Positions 47,077 through 57,567 of a stretch of DNA of 64,000 nt are shown one piece after another. Location: positions 22,641 through 86,640 of the forward strand of contig JANJUX010000033.1 in the NCBI GenBank assembly GCA_024710355.1, written 5' to 3'. Position 1 is the stretch's first letter; every line of letters begins with the position of its first letter. Under the pieces are notes generated by a model. It had not been told where the DNA came from, ran no database searches, and saw only the letters and a list, made by a program, of their open reading frames with translations. Source of the DNA: Candidatus Rifleibacteriota bacterium (GTDB taxonomy: Bacteria > Muiribacteriota > Ozemobacteria > Ozemobacterales > Ozemobacteraceae). A program made the position numbers and the translations under genes.

Positions 47077-48384
47077 TCAGTAGTGATACTGCAGCATGCT
47101 CTGCAGGCGGTAGTCGTAGCCAAAGAACATGTCGTTGCTCAGTGCAATCGGGGCAGCCAGGGTCAGCGACATGCCAGGTTTAACATGATAGCGCATGCCA
47201 AGAGTCAGGTCGGTGCTTCTGCCGTTGTTAACGCGGTTATAGAAGTTTACTTCACCCATGAAGGTGAAAGATTCGTTGGCACTGTAGTCGAAGCCGGCGT
47301 TCACGAATACGCCTTCGTGGTTGGTATTGCCGTCGCCAGCCTGATAACCGCCGTTGAGGTGAATATTGCCGCCTTCTTTGCGCTTGCTCGAAAGACCGGC
47401 GAAAATTTCCCAGGCGTTGTTGGTGTCGGTATTGCCGATATCGATATCGCTGGTCGGAAAAATCGCGCCCAGACCAAGGCAAGAGGCCATATCGTCGTTC
47501 TGCGAAGTGAATTTGAGGCGCAGCGATGCATCACCCATGCCTGAATCAGAGCCATCTCTGAAATTATAGGTGACCGGCGCAAAAACATCGTAAGATTCAA
47601 ACGGCAGCTTGAATGCCACTTCGAAATTTTCGCCGGCGTAGGTCATCAGCATCGGAAATTCCCAGTAGTCGGCATCTTCGCCGCCTCTCAGGCGATTACC
47701 ATCGCGGCGGGTGATTTTGTTCCAGACCATGCCAAAACCGGTCGAAAAGAGATTTTCACCGAGCGGGTAGGCGGCAAAGGTATTGACCAGGCCTGTCAGA
47801 CCGTTGAAGGTAACATGATTATCGTCAGATGCCTTGCGAACCTTGCGTTCGCCCGGAAGAATAATCTGCGGCAGGCCAGATTCAGAGTAAAGTACGGCAT
47901 CATCACTCTGAGTTACCGGCGGCAGCGGCAGAGCAGTCGCCGGTGCCGGATTCGGGGCAGTCTGAGGCGGCGAAGCGATATAGCGGGTGCGCTGGCGATA
48001 GGTCACGCCCTGACCCTTTTCATAACTGGTGCCCGGAATCTGCAGTTCCTGGCCAACTTTGATCTTCGCGGCATTGCTGATACCGTTGGTCTTGGCGATT
48101 TCTTTCCATTTCGTGGTTGTACCAAAAAACTTCTTCGAGATCGAACCCAGGGTATCGCCCTTTTTGACAGTGTAAGTCTGATAACCGGTCGAAACCGAAT
48201 CTTCTTCGACCCAGCTGCTGTCGGCACTGGTCGAAGGCTCGGCTTCGTAGTAGTATTCGGTCTCAGGCGGTGGTGCCATCGAATAGCCTTCCGGAATCTG
48301 GTAATCATACTGGCCAAAGGCCGAAGTTGCCAGAGCAAGAACCAGAAAACCAGTCAGAAGGTATGAATTATGCCGTTTATTCAT
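47077..48384 (-). CDS. LysM-domain outer-membrane beta-barrel protein.
   Basis: Signal peptide MNKRHNSYLLTGFLVLALATSAFG; AAGGA lies before the ATG. The LysM domain is YTVKKGDTLGSISKKFFGTTTKWKEIAKTNGISNAAKIKVGQELQIP. The C-terminal ~260 aa have alternating hydrophobic beta-strands ending ...LQYHY (an aromatic terminus). Confidence 0.7.
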   Translation of the reverse strand: MNKRHNSYLLTGFLVLALATSAFGQYDYQIPEGYSMAPPPETEYYYEAEPSTSADSSWVEEDSVSTGYQTYTVKKGDTLGSISKKFFGTTTKWKEIAKTNGISNAAKIKVGQELQIPGTSYEKGQGVTYRQRTRYIASPPQTAPNPAPATALPLPPVTQSDDAVLYSESGLPQIILPGERKVRKASDDNHVTFNGLTGLVNTFAAYPLGENLFSTGFGMVWNKITRRDGNRLRGGEDADYWEFPMLMTYAGENFEVAFKLPFESYDVFAPVTYNFRDGSDSGMGDASLRLKFTSQNDDMASCLGLGAIFPTSDIDIGNTDTNNAWEIFAGLSSKRKEGGNIHLNGGYQAGDGNTNHEGVFVNAGFDYSANESFTFMGEVNFYNRVNNGRSTDLTLGMRYHVKPGMSLTLAAPIALSNDMFFGYDYRLQSMLQYHY

Positions 48385-48621
48385 GGAACTTCTGTTCCTT
48401 TCAGTTTTAAGAAACCATAAATGTTTCGTAGAATCGGGTTGATACACTTTCCCGTTTTCTTCTATCGGTCGAATTGTGAGAATCTTTAATCAACCAACAA
48501 TTTTTTTATGCAACCCCCGGGGCTTTATTTTGCCTTCTGATGTAGTATGAAGTTTGACACATTCTTTCGGGCTGTGATAAGTTTTTGTGCACAGTTCAAT
48601 TAATACGACAGGAACCGCTTA

Positions 48622-49941
48622 ATGAAAAAAACCTTTGTAGTGGATACCAACGTCATTCTGCACAGCCACCAGGCGCTGTTTTCGTTTAAAGAACACGATG
48701 TAGTAATTCCACTCGGCGTAATTGAAGAACTCGACCGTTTTAAAAGCATCAACGACGAAAAGGGCCGTGAAGCCCGCCAGGCTTCGCGCGAACTCGACAA
48801 CCTGCGGAACAAGGGCAATCTGTCAACCGGGGTAACCCTCGAAAGCGGCGGTACCCTGCAGATCATGATCGACTCTGAAGATGAGATGCCATACGGCTTT
48901 GGCCTCGACACCCACAAGGTCGACAATCGTATTCTTGCCTGCGCTCTGACCCTCAAAAAGGCTGGTCGCAACCCGATTCTGATCAGCAAAGACATCAACT
49001 GCCGCATCAAAGCCGATGCCCTTGGCATTGCAGCAGAAGATTTCGAAACCAATAAAATCGATATCGACGAACTTTACACCGGCTGGCGCGAACTGGTAAT
49101 GCCCGTCAGCCGTATTGAAGCGTTTCTGCGTGACGAAGGGCTGGCATACGACCAGAACGACCTGTTCAGAAATGAATTCATTCTGCTCAAAGCCGCCGAA
49201 AACGAAAATAAAACCGCCCTTGCCAAATATGACGGCGTTCAGAAGAAACTTCTGCCGCTCTTTCACCTGAACTCAAAGCCATGGGGCGTTGAACCGATGA
49301 ATCTGCAGCAGAAATTCGCCATCGAGCTACTGCTCTGTAACGAAATTCAGCTGGTAACCCTCGTGGGTCGCGCCGGCACCGGCAAAACCCTGCTGGCACT
49401 CGCCTGCGGTCTGCAGAAAACCATCGACGAGCATCTGTTCAGAAAACTGCTCGTCAGCCGCCCCATCATGCCACTCGGCAAAGATATCGGCTATCTGCCG
49501 GGTTCCAAAGACGAAAAGCTCAGTCACTGGATGCAGCCGATTTTCGACAATCTCGAATTTGTCATGGACCGCCTCTACAAGAATTCCGATGACGTCGACA
49601 AAAAGATCCGCTTCCTGATTGAATCTCAGAAGGTTCAGATCGAAGCGATCACCTACATCAGAGGCCGCAGTATCCCGAAACAGTATCTGATCGTCGACGA
49701 AGCCCAGAACCTGACCCCGCATGAGGTAAAGACGATCATCAGCCGCGCCGGCGAAGGCACCAAGGTCGTGCTGACCGGTGACCCTTATCAGATCGATAAC
49801 CCTTACCTCGACAGTTCATCAAACGGCCTTAACTTCGTAATTGAGAAGTTTAAAGACCATAATCTGTTCGGTCATATCATTCTGCACAAATCCGAACGCT
49901 CTTCACTCTCTGCACTGGCTTCTGAACTGCTGCAAAACTGA
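48622..49941 (+). CDS. PhoH2-type protein (N-terminal PIN domain plus PhoH-like ATPase; YlaK-like).
   Basis: The PIN domain starts FVVDTNVILHSHQALFSF...VVIPLGVIEELD. The Walker A motif is LVGRAGTGKTLLALA. Confidence 0.85.
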   Translation: MKKTFVVDTNVILHSHQALFSFKEHDVVIPLGVIEELDRFKSINDEKGREARQASRELDNLRNKGNLSTGVTLESGGTLQIMIDSEDEMPYGFGLDTHKVDNRILACALTLKKAGRNPILISKDINCRIKADALGIAAEDFETNKIDIDELYTGWRELVMPVSRIEAFLRDEGLAYDQNDLFRNEFILLKAAENENKTALAKYDGVQKKLLPLFHLNSKPWGVEPMNLQQKFAIELLLCNEIQLVTLVGRAGTGKTLLALACGLQKTIDEHLFRKLLVSRPIMPLGKDIGYLPGSKDEKLSHWMQPIFDNLEFVMDRLYKNSDDVDKKIRFLIESQKVQIEAITYIRGRSIPKQYLIVDEAQNLTPHEVKTIISRAGEGTKVVLTGDPYQIDNPYLDSSSNGLNFVIEKFKDHNLFGHIILHKSERSSLSALASELLQN

Positions 49942-49963
49942 TAAAAAAAGAGGTGTCTGGCTG

Positions 49964-50875
49964 ATGTTTCTGCCCAACAGACGAGCCGTAACCTTCATCG
50001 AGATAGTCATCGCCGTGGCCATTCTGGCGGTGGCTCTGATTCCTCTTTTCGGCCTGATCAGCCGGCAGACGGTCGAAACCGACAAAAACGCCGCCCAGGC
50101 CTTTGCGATTAACAAGGCATCAGAAGTGCTCAACACGATTCTCGATAATGTGCCGTTTGCAGCCCTGCGCCAGGGCAACCCCGGCTATGTGAAAACCGAC
50201 GATCTGGCTGCCAACCCGAGGTTTTCACGCTATAACGACAGCTGGGCCAGAAAAATCATGCCGATTCTCTTCCCCGGCTCTCAAAAAGAGGCCGCCGGTT
50301 ACCCATGCCGCGGTATCGTTACCGACTCACGCGGCATTCACTACCTTGTACATCTTCGTGTCGAAGACGTCGCATCAGAACGCAAACCGCCCAAATCCGA
50401 AAAAATACAGATCGGCAATTCTTTCCCCGATGGCAAACCCAAAGATTTTGCCGAATCTCCGGAGCTGACCTTCACCTTTCTGCGAAACCCAGGCATGATC
50501 TCCGATGGCTCCTGGGTTCAGGATTATTCTGAAGATCCCGAAGAAACCAGCAAACCATTCTCAGAACTCGATATTGGCTCTGGCAAGGGTGTATCTGAAG
50601 CCCCCGGCAATGTTTATCTCGATCAGGGCATGGAAGGCCTCGATGCGAACGCTCCCCGCTTCACCAACCCGACGGCTGAACGATACACGGCGAAGATGGT
50701 CACCGAAAAAGTCCTTCATGACGCACCCGAAAAATTTGCCTGGTGCTCGATGAAAAAACTCGTGGTGCAGGTGCAATGGAACCTGGATCAGCGCTATTTC
50801 AAAAACCCCGAAGAAAAGAATGGCCGCATCCAGAGAATCCATCTGATGACCATCAAGGGGGATATCGACGGATGA
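49964..50875 (+). CDS. Prepilin-type N-terminal domain protein (minor pseudopilin-like), 303 aa.
   Basis: MFLPNRRAVTFIEIVIAVAILAVALIPLFGL is a class III signal peptide plus hydrophobic helix (consensus G/A-FTLIE, with Glu at +5). A GAGGTG RBS is present. The ORF-track start at 49841 was rejected. Confidence 0.6.
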   Translation: MFLPNRRAVTFIEIVIAVAILAVALIPLFGLISRQTVETDKNAAQAFAINKASEVLNTILDNVPFAALRQGNPGYVKTDDLAANPRFSRYNDSWARKIMPILFPGSQKEAAGYPCRGIVTDSRGIHYLVHLRVEDVASERKPPKSEKIQIGNSFPDGKPKDFAESPELTFTFLRNPGMISDGSWVQDYSEDPEETSKPFSELDIGSGKGVSEAPGNVYLDQGMEGLDANAPRFTNPTAERYTAKMVTEKVLHDAPEKFAWCSMKKLVVQVQWNLDQRYFKNPEEKNGRIQRIHLMTIKGDIDG

Positions 50876-51729
50876 AAACCTTTAATCGCCGCCGTGGCGT
50901 CGCCATCGTCATCGCCCTGTTCTTCTGTTTCTGCATGCTGATTCTCTTTGTGTCGATGATGTTCAGACAATCGAGCACCGCCGGGCACAATCAGATAACC
51001 ATTCAGGAGCGCCAGGCCTTTTTCGCCGCCAGAGCAGCGATGCAGCACTTTCTGCTGAAGGCAAAGCTTTTTCCCACCGAGCTTTATGATGCGGTCGAAT
51101 TCGCTCAGGGTAAAAACCCGCTGTGCAATTTTACTGAGTTCGACGGTCTCAGCGAAAGCGGTCAGAACGCTTTTGAACCACTTGGCAGCCGCGCCGAACT
51201 CTATGTCAGAGTTCTGCCAACAAGAGAACTCGACAGCGACAAAAAGCCCAAGTATTTTTACTACCCGATTCCGGGCAAAAATGCCTTTGTAAGACTTGGC
51301 AGCTACCACAACCCCGACTATCGTTTTCTTGCACCCGGCCTTGCGGCCTCAGACCCCGAAACCCGCTATATCAAGCCAGAGGCGCCGGCAGCTGAGCTGA
51401 AACCTGACAAATATCTCAAGTATTACATACGCGACTGCTGTAATATGACCTATGAAGGCACTCGACTGCAGCCGCCCGTCGAAATGGTTACCGACAAGAC
51501 GATCAAAGACATCAATGATTTCGATATTGCCACCAGCGATGGCTACCCATATACGATGAACTACCGCGTCAATGAAGTGAAGATCCAGTCGATCAAGGGG
51601 TTGCGTAAATATGGCGAAGAAGCGATCGAGGTAAGCGTCGAAGGTCTGGTGAAAAATTTCCAGGGCAAGGTGACACCACAGACTCAGAGACGTGTGCAGA
51701 AGATCACCAGAAAGGGCTCGATCGACTGA
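50872..51729 (+). CDS. GspK/PilX-like minor pseudopilin (lacks Glu+5).
   Basis: MKTFNRRRGVAIVIALFFCFCMLILFVSMM resembles the GspK N-terminus (RGVALLxVL). There is ATGA start/stop coupling with the upstream gene. Confidence 0.5.
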   Translation: MKTFNRRRGVAIVIALFFCFCMLILFVSMMFRQSSTAGHNQITIQERQAFFAARAAMQHFLLKAKLFPTELYDAVEFAQGKNPLCNFTEFDGLSESGQNAFEPLGSRAELYVRVLPTRELDSDKKPKYFYYPIPGKNAFVRLGSYHNPDYRFLAPGLAASDPETRYIKPEAPAAELKPDKYLKYYIRDCCNMTYEGTRLQPPVEMVTDKTIKDINDFDIATSDGYPYTMNYRVNEVKIQSIKGLRKYGEEAIEVSVEGLVKNFQGKVTPQTQRRVQKITRKGSID

Positions 51730-52478
51730 TGCTCAACATGCTTAAACCGGCCAGAAAAGCCTTTACCTTAATTGAAGTCATCATCGCCTGCGCGGTCATG
51801 GCCCTCTTCATGACCGGAGTTTATCAGCTGTTCATCGGTGGCAGCAAAACCGCCGGCCGCGCGCAGTGGATCAGCGGCACCGTCGATCAGATGCGCAACA
51901 CTCTCAGTCTGCTGAGTAAAGAGATTCGCTCAGCCACCTACCCAACCACCCTGTTTTCAGACACTTTTTTCGACCCATGTGATAACCCCGACCCCAAAGT
52001 GCCTGCAGAATTCTACCTGCGTATTCTCAAAGACGGCAAACCTATCCTGACACCGAATAGCGGCGAACTCAAAATCATGACCTGGGTGGTCTGCGAGCCC
52101 GAAAAGCCCAAAAACCAGCCGGGCAAAATTGTTAAAAACGAACTTTATCTTGACTTTGTGCATCAGACAAGAGTTGCACCGGTCGGCAACCTGCGTCTCA
52201 AATCGTCTGCCTTCGAATACACCACCGATGCAAAAAATGATTATGCCAAATCTGGCAAGCTTAATCTGACACCAATCGAAAGTGAAACACGCACAAAAGT
52301 GCTGGTCAACGACGTCCAGTCCGTGGAATTTTCGGTCGCCGGCACTCTGCCACCTGAAAAACCTGTGGACTTTTTTCCGATTTCCGTTAAAATACGTACT
52401 CTATACCCAAAAGATGAAAATGTTTTTAAGGAAAATTCAATCATGGCAACCCCGCAGGTTGGCATCGATACCTTTTAA
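51729..52478 (+). CDS. Prepilin-type N-terminal domain pseudopilin.
   Basis: ARKAFTLIEVIIACAVMALFMTG is a canonical cleavage/methylation motif. There is ATGA coupling with the upstream gene. Confidence 0.65.
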   Translation: MLNMLKPARKAFTLIEVIIACAVMALFMTGVYQLFIGGSKTAGRAQWISGTVDQMRNTLSLLSKEIRSATYPTTLFSDTFFDPCDNPDPKVPAEFYLRILKDGKPILTPNSGELKIMTWVVCEPEKPKNQPGKIVKNELYLDFVHQTRVAPVGNLRLKSSAFEYTTDAKNDYAKSGKLNLTPIESETRTKVLVNDVQSVEFSVAGTLPPEKPVDFFPISVKIRTLYPKDENVFKENSIMATPQVGIDTF

Positions 52479-52499
52479 ACAGACCTATAAAAGTTAAAC

Positions 52500-53258
52500 A
52501 TGGCTAAACAGTGGCACCAACTAGAAAAGCTCGACCACAAGGCGCTTAAAAAGCTGCAGGTCGAGCGCGAAAAAGCGCAAAAGCTTGCACAGGACGCCGA
52601 AGAAAAAAAGCGACGCATGATAATCGGCGTGATTGTCATGGCGGCCTTGCTGGTTCTCGGCGTTTTTGTCGTTGTCATGCGAAAAAGGGCCGCCACTCTC
52701 GCTTTCCAGGAAGAACGCAACAAGCTTCTCTTCTCACGGGTAACCGAAATCACCGGCAAGGTCGAGGCCCGCCACATCGGCGCCTGGGAAGTCATTAAAG
52801 AAAAAATCGAATTCGACAAGGAATACTCCTTTAAAACCGCTCCCGAAGGTGCGATTACCGTGCAACTGCAGCTCGAAAACCAGGTTAAGCTGGCCGGTAA
52901 ATCAGAAATGACGGTTATGCCCCCGGTGCTGGCAGAAAAAGAAAACAAAATCGAAAAAGAACCGGTCATCCTGAAGCGTGGCGAGCTCACCGCCGCCATC
53001 TCACTCGACGGCCGCGGCATTCTCTCGGTAGAATCCTCAGACATTCAGGTAACAGGCTCTTCAGGCCTTTTCAAGGTTCTCTACGACGATGATAAAGACA
53101 AAGGCGAAGTTGTGGTCAAAAACGGCCTTGTCGAAGTCAGCAAAAAACGTGGTGGCGGTAAGCCAGTCAAGGTTTCCGGGTTTTACAAGGTTACCTTCGG
53201 CGGCGGCGATATCAGCACACCCACTCAGGCAAGCGTAATTCAGTACGACTGGCGCTGA
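52500..53258 (+). CDS. Bitopic membrane protein (hypothetical). It is the last gene of the pseudopilin operon.
   Basis: There is an N-terminal coiled coil, one TM helix (MIIGVIVMAALLVLGVFVVVM) and a periplasmic beta-rich domain. Confidence 0.5.
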   Translation: MAKQWHQLEKLDHKALKKLQVEREKAQKLAQDAEEKKRRMIIGVIVMAALLVLGVFVVVMRKRAATLAFQEERNKLLFSRVTEITGKVEARHIGAWEVIKEKIEFDKEYSFKTAPEGAITVQLQLENQVKLAGKSEMTVMPPVLAEKENKIEKEPVILKRGELTAAISLDGRGILSVESSDIQVTGSSGLFKVLYDDDKDKGEVVVKNGLVEVSKKRGGGKPVKVSGFYKVTFGGGDISTPTQASVIQYDWR

Positions 53259-53273
53259 GACCACACACAAAAC

Positions 53274-56156
53274 ATGATACGCATTGTTAAAGCCAAGGTT
53301 CACAACCTTAAAGATCTCAGCATCTCAATTCCTACCAATTCCCTCACCGTAGTCACCGGCGTTTCAGGCTCAGGCAAGTCGTCTCTCGCCTTCGACACCA
53401 TTCACGCCGAAGGTCAGCGCCGCTACATGGAATCATTGTCTTCTTACGCCCGGCAATTCCTGCAGCAGATGGAAAAACCCGACGTCGAAGTCATCGAGGG
53501 CCTGTCGCCGACTATCGCCATTCAGCAGAAGTCGACATCGAGGAACCCGCGCTCGACTGTCGGCACCATAACCGAGCTCTACGACTATTTCCGCCTGCTG
53601 TTCGCCGCAATCGGCAAACCCCATTGCCCGAAATGCGCGCAACCGGTCGAAGCCGCCACTCCGCAGCAGATTGTCGAAAACCTGCTGAGCTACCCCGATC
53701 AGACCAAAATAACTCTGCTGGCACCGGTCATCAGAAGCCGCAAAGGCGAATACGCCAAAGTGTTCGATGAACTGCGCCGCGAGGGTCTGTCGCGCGTCAG
53801 GGTCGATGGCGATATGTGGTCGCTCGATGACGAAATTCCCGAACTCGACCGCAATAAAAAGCACAATATCGAAGTGGCCGTCGACCGTATCAAACTGGCA
53901 GCGGCCGAACGCGAACAGAATACTGCGCGCATGAACGAGGCGGTCGAACTTTGCTTTAAACTGGCTGAAGGTCAGTTGCTTGTCATCATCGACAGCCCCG
54001 ACAGCAAAAAACCGGTCGAAAAACTGTTCAGTGAAAACCTGCGCTGCGCCGTCTGTGACATCTCATTGCCCGAAATCAAGCCGCGTCTGTTTTCTTTCAA
54101 CGCGCCTTACGGCTCGTGCCAGGCGTGTTCTGGCCTTGGCTTTCAGCTGATTGCCGACCCTGAGCTAGTGGTTCCTGACCCTGACCTGTCGATTGCCGAA
54201 GGGGCAATCGCCTCTGAAAACTTCATGGATGCAACCTTTTCGCGGCAATGGATGGAAGGCCTCGCGCAGTATTACAAATTTTCTCTTGACGTGCCTTTCA
54301 AAAATCTGCCTGATCAGGCGAAAAAGGTCATCTTCTTCGGTTCCGGTGACAAGGTTCTCAACATCAAATATCAGGGCCGCACAATGCAGGGCTCGCTGAC
54401 CAAGCCTTTCGAAGGGGTTATTCCGACCCTGACGCGACGCTACCAGGAAACCCGCTCAGAAGGCGCCAAGAATTTTTACGAACGCTTCATGCGCACCCTG
54501 CCATGCCCCGGCTGTAACGGCCGACGCCTCAACGAAGTGGCGCTTTCGGTGCGCCTCGAAGGTGAGAACATTCATGAACTCTCGCAACACTCGGTCGGCC
54601 GGCTCGTCGACTTTTTCGCCGGGCTCAAACTCAACGAGCGCGAGCATTTTATCTGCAAAAAGATTCTCGAACAGATCAATAACCGCCTCAGGTTCCTGAA
54701 AGACGTCGGTCTCGACTATCTCGACCTGTCGCGGGCAGCCCACACCCTTTCAGGTGGCGAAGCCCAGCGCATCAGACTGGCGACCCAGATCGGCTCTGCC
54801 CTGGTTGGCATCACCTACGTTCTCGATGAACCGAGCATCGGCCTGCACCCGCGTGACAACCGGCGTCTGATCAACACTCTCAAAAAGCTTCGCGATATCG
54901 GCAATACCGTGCTGGTCGTCGAACACGACCGCGAAATCATGATAGAAGCCGACAACATCATTGACCTCGGCCCCGGCGCCGGCGTGCAGGGCGGTCAACT
55001 CGTCGTCGACGGGCCGCCAGAAAAGGTTATGTCCGACCCCAACAGCATGACCGGCCGCTTTCTCACCGGCCAGGAATTCATCGTCGTCCCTGAGACAAGG
55101 CGAACGGGCAACGGGCGCCTGCTTTCATTGCGCGGCGCCACCCATAACAATCTCAAAAATATCAATGTCGATATTCCGCTCGGCAAACTCGTCGTCGTCA
55201 CCGGCGTCTCAGGCTCAGGCAAATCGAGTCTGGTCACCGATACGCTGTTTCCGCTGCTCAACAATATCATCAACCGTTCTCATCTCGAAGTCGGGCCATA
55301 TAAAGAGCTCATGGGTATCGAGGCAATCGACAAGGTTGTCAATATCGACCAGAACCCGATCGGGCGCACCCCAAGATCGAACCCGGCCACTTATACCGGC
55401 ATTTTTACCCCGATTCGCGAGCTTTTCGCCCAGACGGTCGAAGCCAAAACGCGCGGTTATTCACCGGGACGCTTCAGCTTCAACGTCAAGGGTGGCCGCT
55501 GCGAAGTCTGCGAGGGGTCAGGCCAGATTCAGATCGAAATGCACTTTCTGCCCGATGTTTTTGTGACCTGCGAGCAGTGTAAAGGTACCCGCTTCAACGA
55601 AGAAACGCTCAAAATCAAATTCAAGGGGCTAAATATCGCCCAGGTTCTCGATCTGAGCGTCAATGACGCTGTCACTTTCTTCGATTCATTCGTTACCATC
55701 AGGCGCAAACTCCAGACACTGCAGGATGTCGGCCTCGGATACATCACCCTCGGGCAGGCGAGCACAACTCTTTCGGGCGGTGAGGCACAACGTATCAAGC
55801 TGGCGACCGAACTGTCGAAAGTAGCGACCGGTTCGACCTTTTACCTGCTCGACGAGCCAACTACCGGCCTGCACTTTCAGGATGTCCGCTGCCTGCTCGA
55901 CGTTCTCAACCGCCTGGTCGAGAAGGGCAACACCGTTCTGGTGGTCGAACACAACCTCGACGTCATCAAAACCGCCGATCATATCATCGATCTGGGGCCC
56001 GAAGGCGGCGAGGCCGGTGGCCGCGTTATCGCAACCGGAACCCCCGAAGAAATCGTTAAAAATGCTGATTCACTTACCGGGCAGTTCCTCGCCGAAGATA
56101 TGCAGCGCACCGGTGGTCTGAACACTCATAAACAGAACGGACGCCGGAGAAAATAA
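53274..56156 (+). CDS. uvrA: Excinuclease ABC subunit A.
   Basis: The N-terminus is MIRIVKAKVHNLKDLSISIPTNSLTVVTGVSGSGKSSLAFDTI. There are two ABC ATPase modules, zinc-finger Cys pairs and LSGGEAQRI signature motifs. The protein is 960 aa. Confidence 0.95.
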   Translation: MIRIVKAKVHNLKDLSISIPTNSLTVVTGVSGSGKSSLAFDTIHAEGQRRYMESLSSYARQFLQQMEKPDVEVIEGLSPTIAIQQKSTSRNPRSTVGTITELYDYFRLLFAAIGKPHCPKCAQPVEAATPQQIVENLLSYPDQTKITLLAPVIRSRKGEYAKVFDELRREGLSRVRVDGDMWSLDDEIPELDRNKKHNIEVAVDRIKLAAAEREQNTARMNEAVELCFKLAEGQLLVIIDSPDSKKPVEKLFSENLRCAVCDISLPEIKPRLFSFNAPYGSCQACSGLGFQLIADPELVVPDPDLSIAEGAIASENFMDATFSRQWMEGLAQYYKFSLDVPFKNLPDQAKKVIFFGSGDKVLNIKYQGRTMQGSLTKPFEGVIPTLTRRYQETRSEGAKNFYERFMRTLPCPGCNGRRLNEVALSVRLEGENIHELSQHSVGRLVDFFAGLKLNEREHFICKKILEQINNRLRFLKDVGLDYLDLSRAAHTLSGGEAQRIRLATQIGSALVGITYVLDEPSIGLHPRDNRRLINTLKKLRDIGNTVLVVEHDREIMIEADNIIDLGPGAGVQGGQLVVDGPPEKVMSDPNSMTGRFLTGQEFIVVPETRRTGNGRLLSLRGATHNNLKNINVDIPLGKLVVVTGVSGSGKSSLVTDTLFPLLNNIINRSHLEVGPYKELMGIEAIDKVVNIDQNPIGRTPRSNPATYTGIFTPIRELFAQTVEAKTRGYSPGRFSFNVKGGRCEVCEGSGQIQIEMHFLPDVFVTCEQCKGTRFNEETLKIKFKGLNIAQVLDLSVNDAVTFFDSFVTIRRKLQTLQDVGLGYITLGQASTTLSGGEAQRIKLATELSKVATGSTFYLLDEPTTGLHFQDVRCLLDVLNRLVEKGNTVLVVEHNLDVIKTADHIIDLGPEGGEAGGRVIATGTPEEIVKNADSLTGQFLAEDMQRTGGLNTHKQNGRRRK

Positions 56157-56157
56157 C

Positions 56158-57513
56158 ATGGCAAAAATTAAAACCCGCTACGTGTGCCAGTCTTGTGGCC
56201 AGAGTTTTCCGAAGTGGCAGGGGCAATGCTCCGGCTGTGAAGAATGGAACACTCTGGCGCAGGAAGTCGAACAGCCTTCGGCGCGGCGGGTTCCCAACGC
56301 TCTTTCGGGCAGCATTTCGATCATACAGACTCTCGATGAAGTTGCAATCGAGCGGGCTGCCCGCTGGCAGACCGGCGTCGACATTTTCGACGAACTGATT
56401 GGCGGCGGTCTGGTGCCGGGTGGTATCACCCTGATCGGCGGCGAACCTGGCGTCGGCAAATCGACGTTCATGCTGCAGCTGATTTCTCGACTCGGCGTCA
56501 ATATCAAGCCGCTGGCCTACGTTTCGGGCGAAGAATCGGCAACCCAGATCAAGCTGCGCGCCGAACGACTGCGGGTTGGCAATGGCAGCGACATCATTCT
56601 CGTGGCTGAGCAGAATCTCGATTCGGCGCTCAACGGGCTCGCTTCATATCTTCCGAGAATGCTGGTCGTCGACTCGATTCAGACGGTTTATACGCCGCAG
56701 ATGGATGCGACACCGGGCTCGGTCACGCAGATACGCGAATGTGCGGCGATTCTCACCAAGTATGGCAAAGACCGCGGTCTGCCGGTTTTCATCGTCGGCC
56801 ATGTCACCAAAGAAGGCGCCATTGCCGGGCCGAAGATTCTCGAACACATTGTCGACACGGTTCTTTATTTTGAAGGCGACGTCAATTCAAATTTCAGACT
56901 GCTGCGGGTTTTCAAGAACCGCTACGGTGCCACCGGCGAAGTCGCGGTTTTTCAGATGACCGATAAGGGCCTGAGCCCGGTCATCAACCCCTCAGATCTT
57001 TTTATCAGCCGCAAACGCAGTGATGCTCCCGGCGTCGTAGTAGTGCCCCTGCTGCAGGGAACCCGCTGCATCCTTACCGAGGTACAGGCGCTCGTCACCC
57101 AGTCGTTTCTGCCGATGCCCAGGCGCGTGGTTGCAGGCCTCGACAGCAACCGCCTGAGTCTGGTAATTGCAGTTCTCGAAAAGCATGCCGGTTTAAAATT
57201 CTATAATCGTGACGTTTTTGCGAACGTCGCCGGCGGGCTGAAACTGACCGAGCCGGGTGGCGACCTTGGGCTGGCAATGGCTATGGTCAGCAGCCTGAAC
57301 GATCAGGCGATGCCGCCTGATATTCTGCCGATCGGCGAAGTCACTCTGGCTGGCGAAATCAGGCCGGTCACGCAGATCTCCCGCCGCATAGCCGAAGGCA
57401 GAAGGTTTGGTTTTAAAAGATTTGTGGTTTCGGGGTCTTGCGATTTACCGGAAGAAAAAGGCATAATTAAGGTCAGCTCTTTACGCGAGGCGGTTAAATC
57501 AGTTTTTGCGTAA
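56158..57513 (+). CDS. radA: DNA repair protein RadA/Sms.
   Basis: The N-terminal zinc finger is CQSCGQSFPKWQGQCSGCEEWNT. The Walker A motif is GGEPGVGKST. The KNRYG motif and a Lon-like C-terminal domain are present. Confidence 0.95.
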   Translation: MAKIKTRYVCQSCGQSFPKWQGQCSGCEEWNTLAQEVEQPSARRVPNALSGSISIIQTLDEVAIERAARWQTGVDIFDELIGGGLVPGGITLIGGEPGVGKSTFMLQLISRLGVNIKPLAYVSGEESATQIKLRAERLRVGNGSDIILVAEQNLDSALNGLASYLPRMLVVDSIQTVYTPQMDATPGSVTQIRECAAILTKYGKDRGLPVFIVGHVTKEGAIAGPKILEHIVDTVLYFEGDVNSNFRLLRVFKNRYGATGEVAVFQMTDKGLSPVINPSDLFISRKRSDAPGVVVVPLLQGTRCILTEVQALVTQSFLPMPRRVVAGLDSNRLSLVIAVLEKHAGLKFYNRDVFANVAGGLKLTEPGGDLGLAMAMVSSLNDQAMPPDILPIGEVTLAGEIRPVTQISRRIAEGRRFGFKRFVVSGSCDLPEEKGIIKVSSLREAVKSVFA

Positions 57514-57567
57514 AAAGTATAGAGATAGACAAATATAGGTGATATTATATAATACCGGAGGTAGAGA

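Noticed and set aside
57543-57554. 12-bp AT palindrome tattatataata as a canonical Zur box.
   Set aside because: It does not match the Zur consensus (TGTTATxATATAACA-like) well and overlaps a probable -10 element. It is retained only as a low-confidence candidate operator inside another finding.
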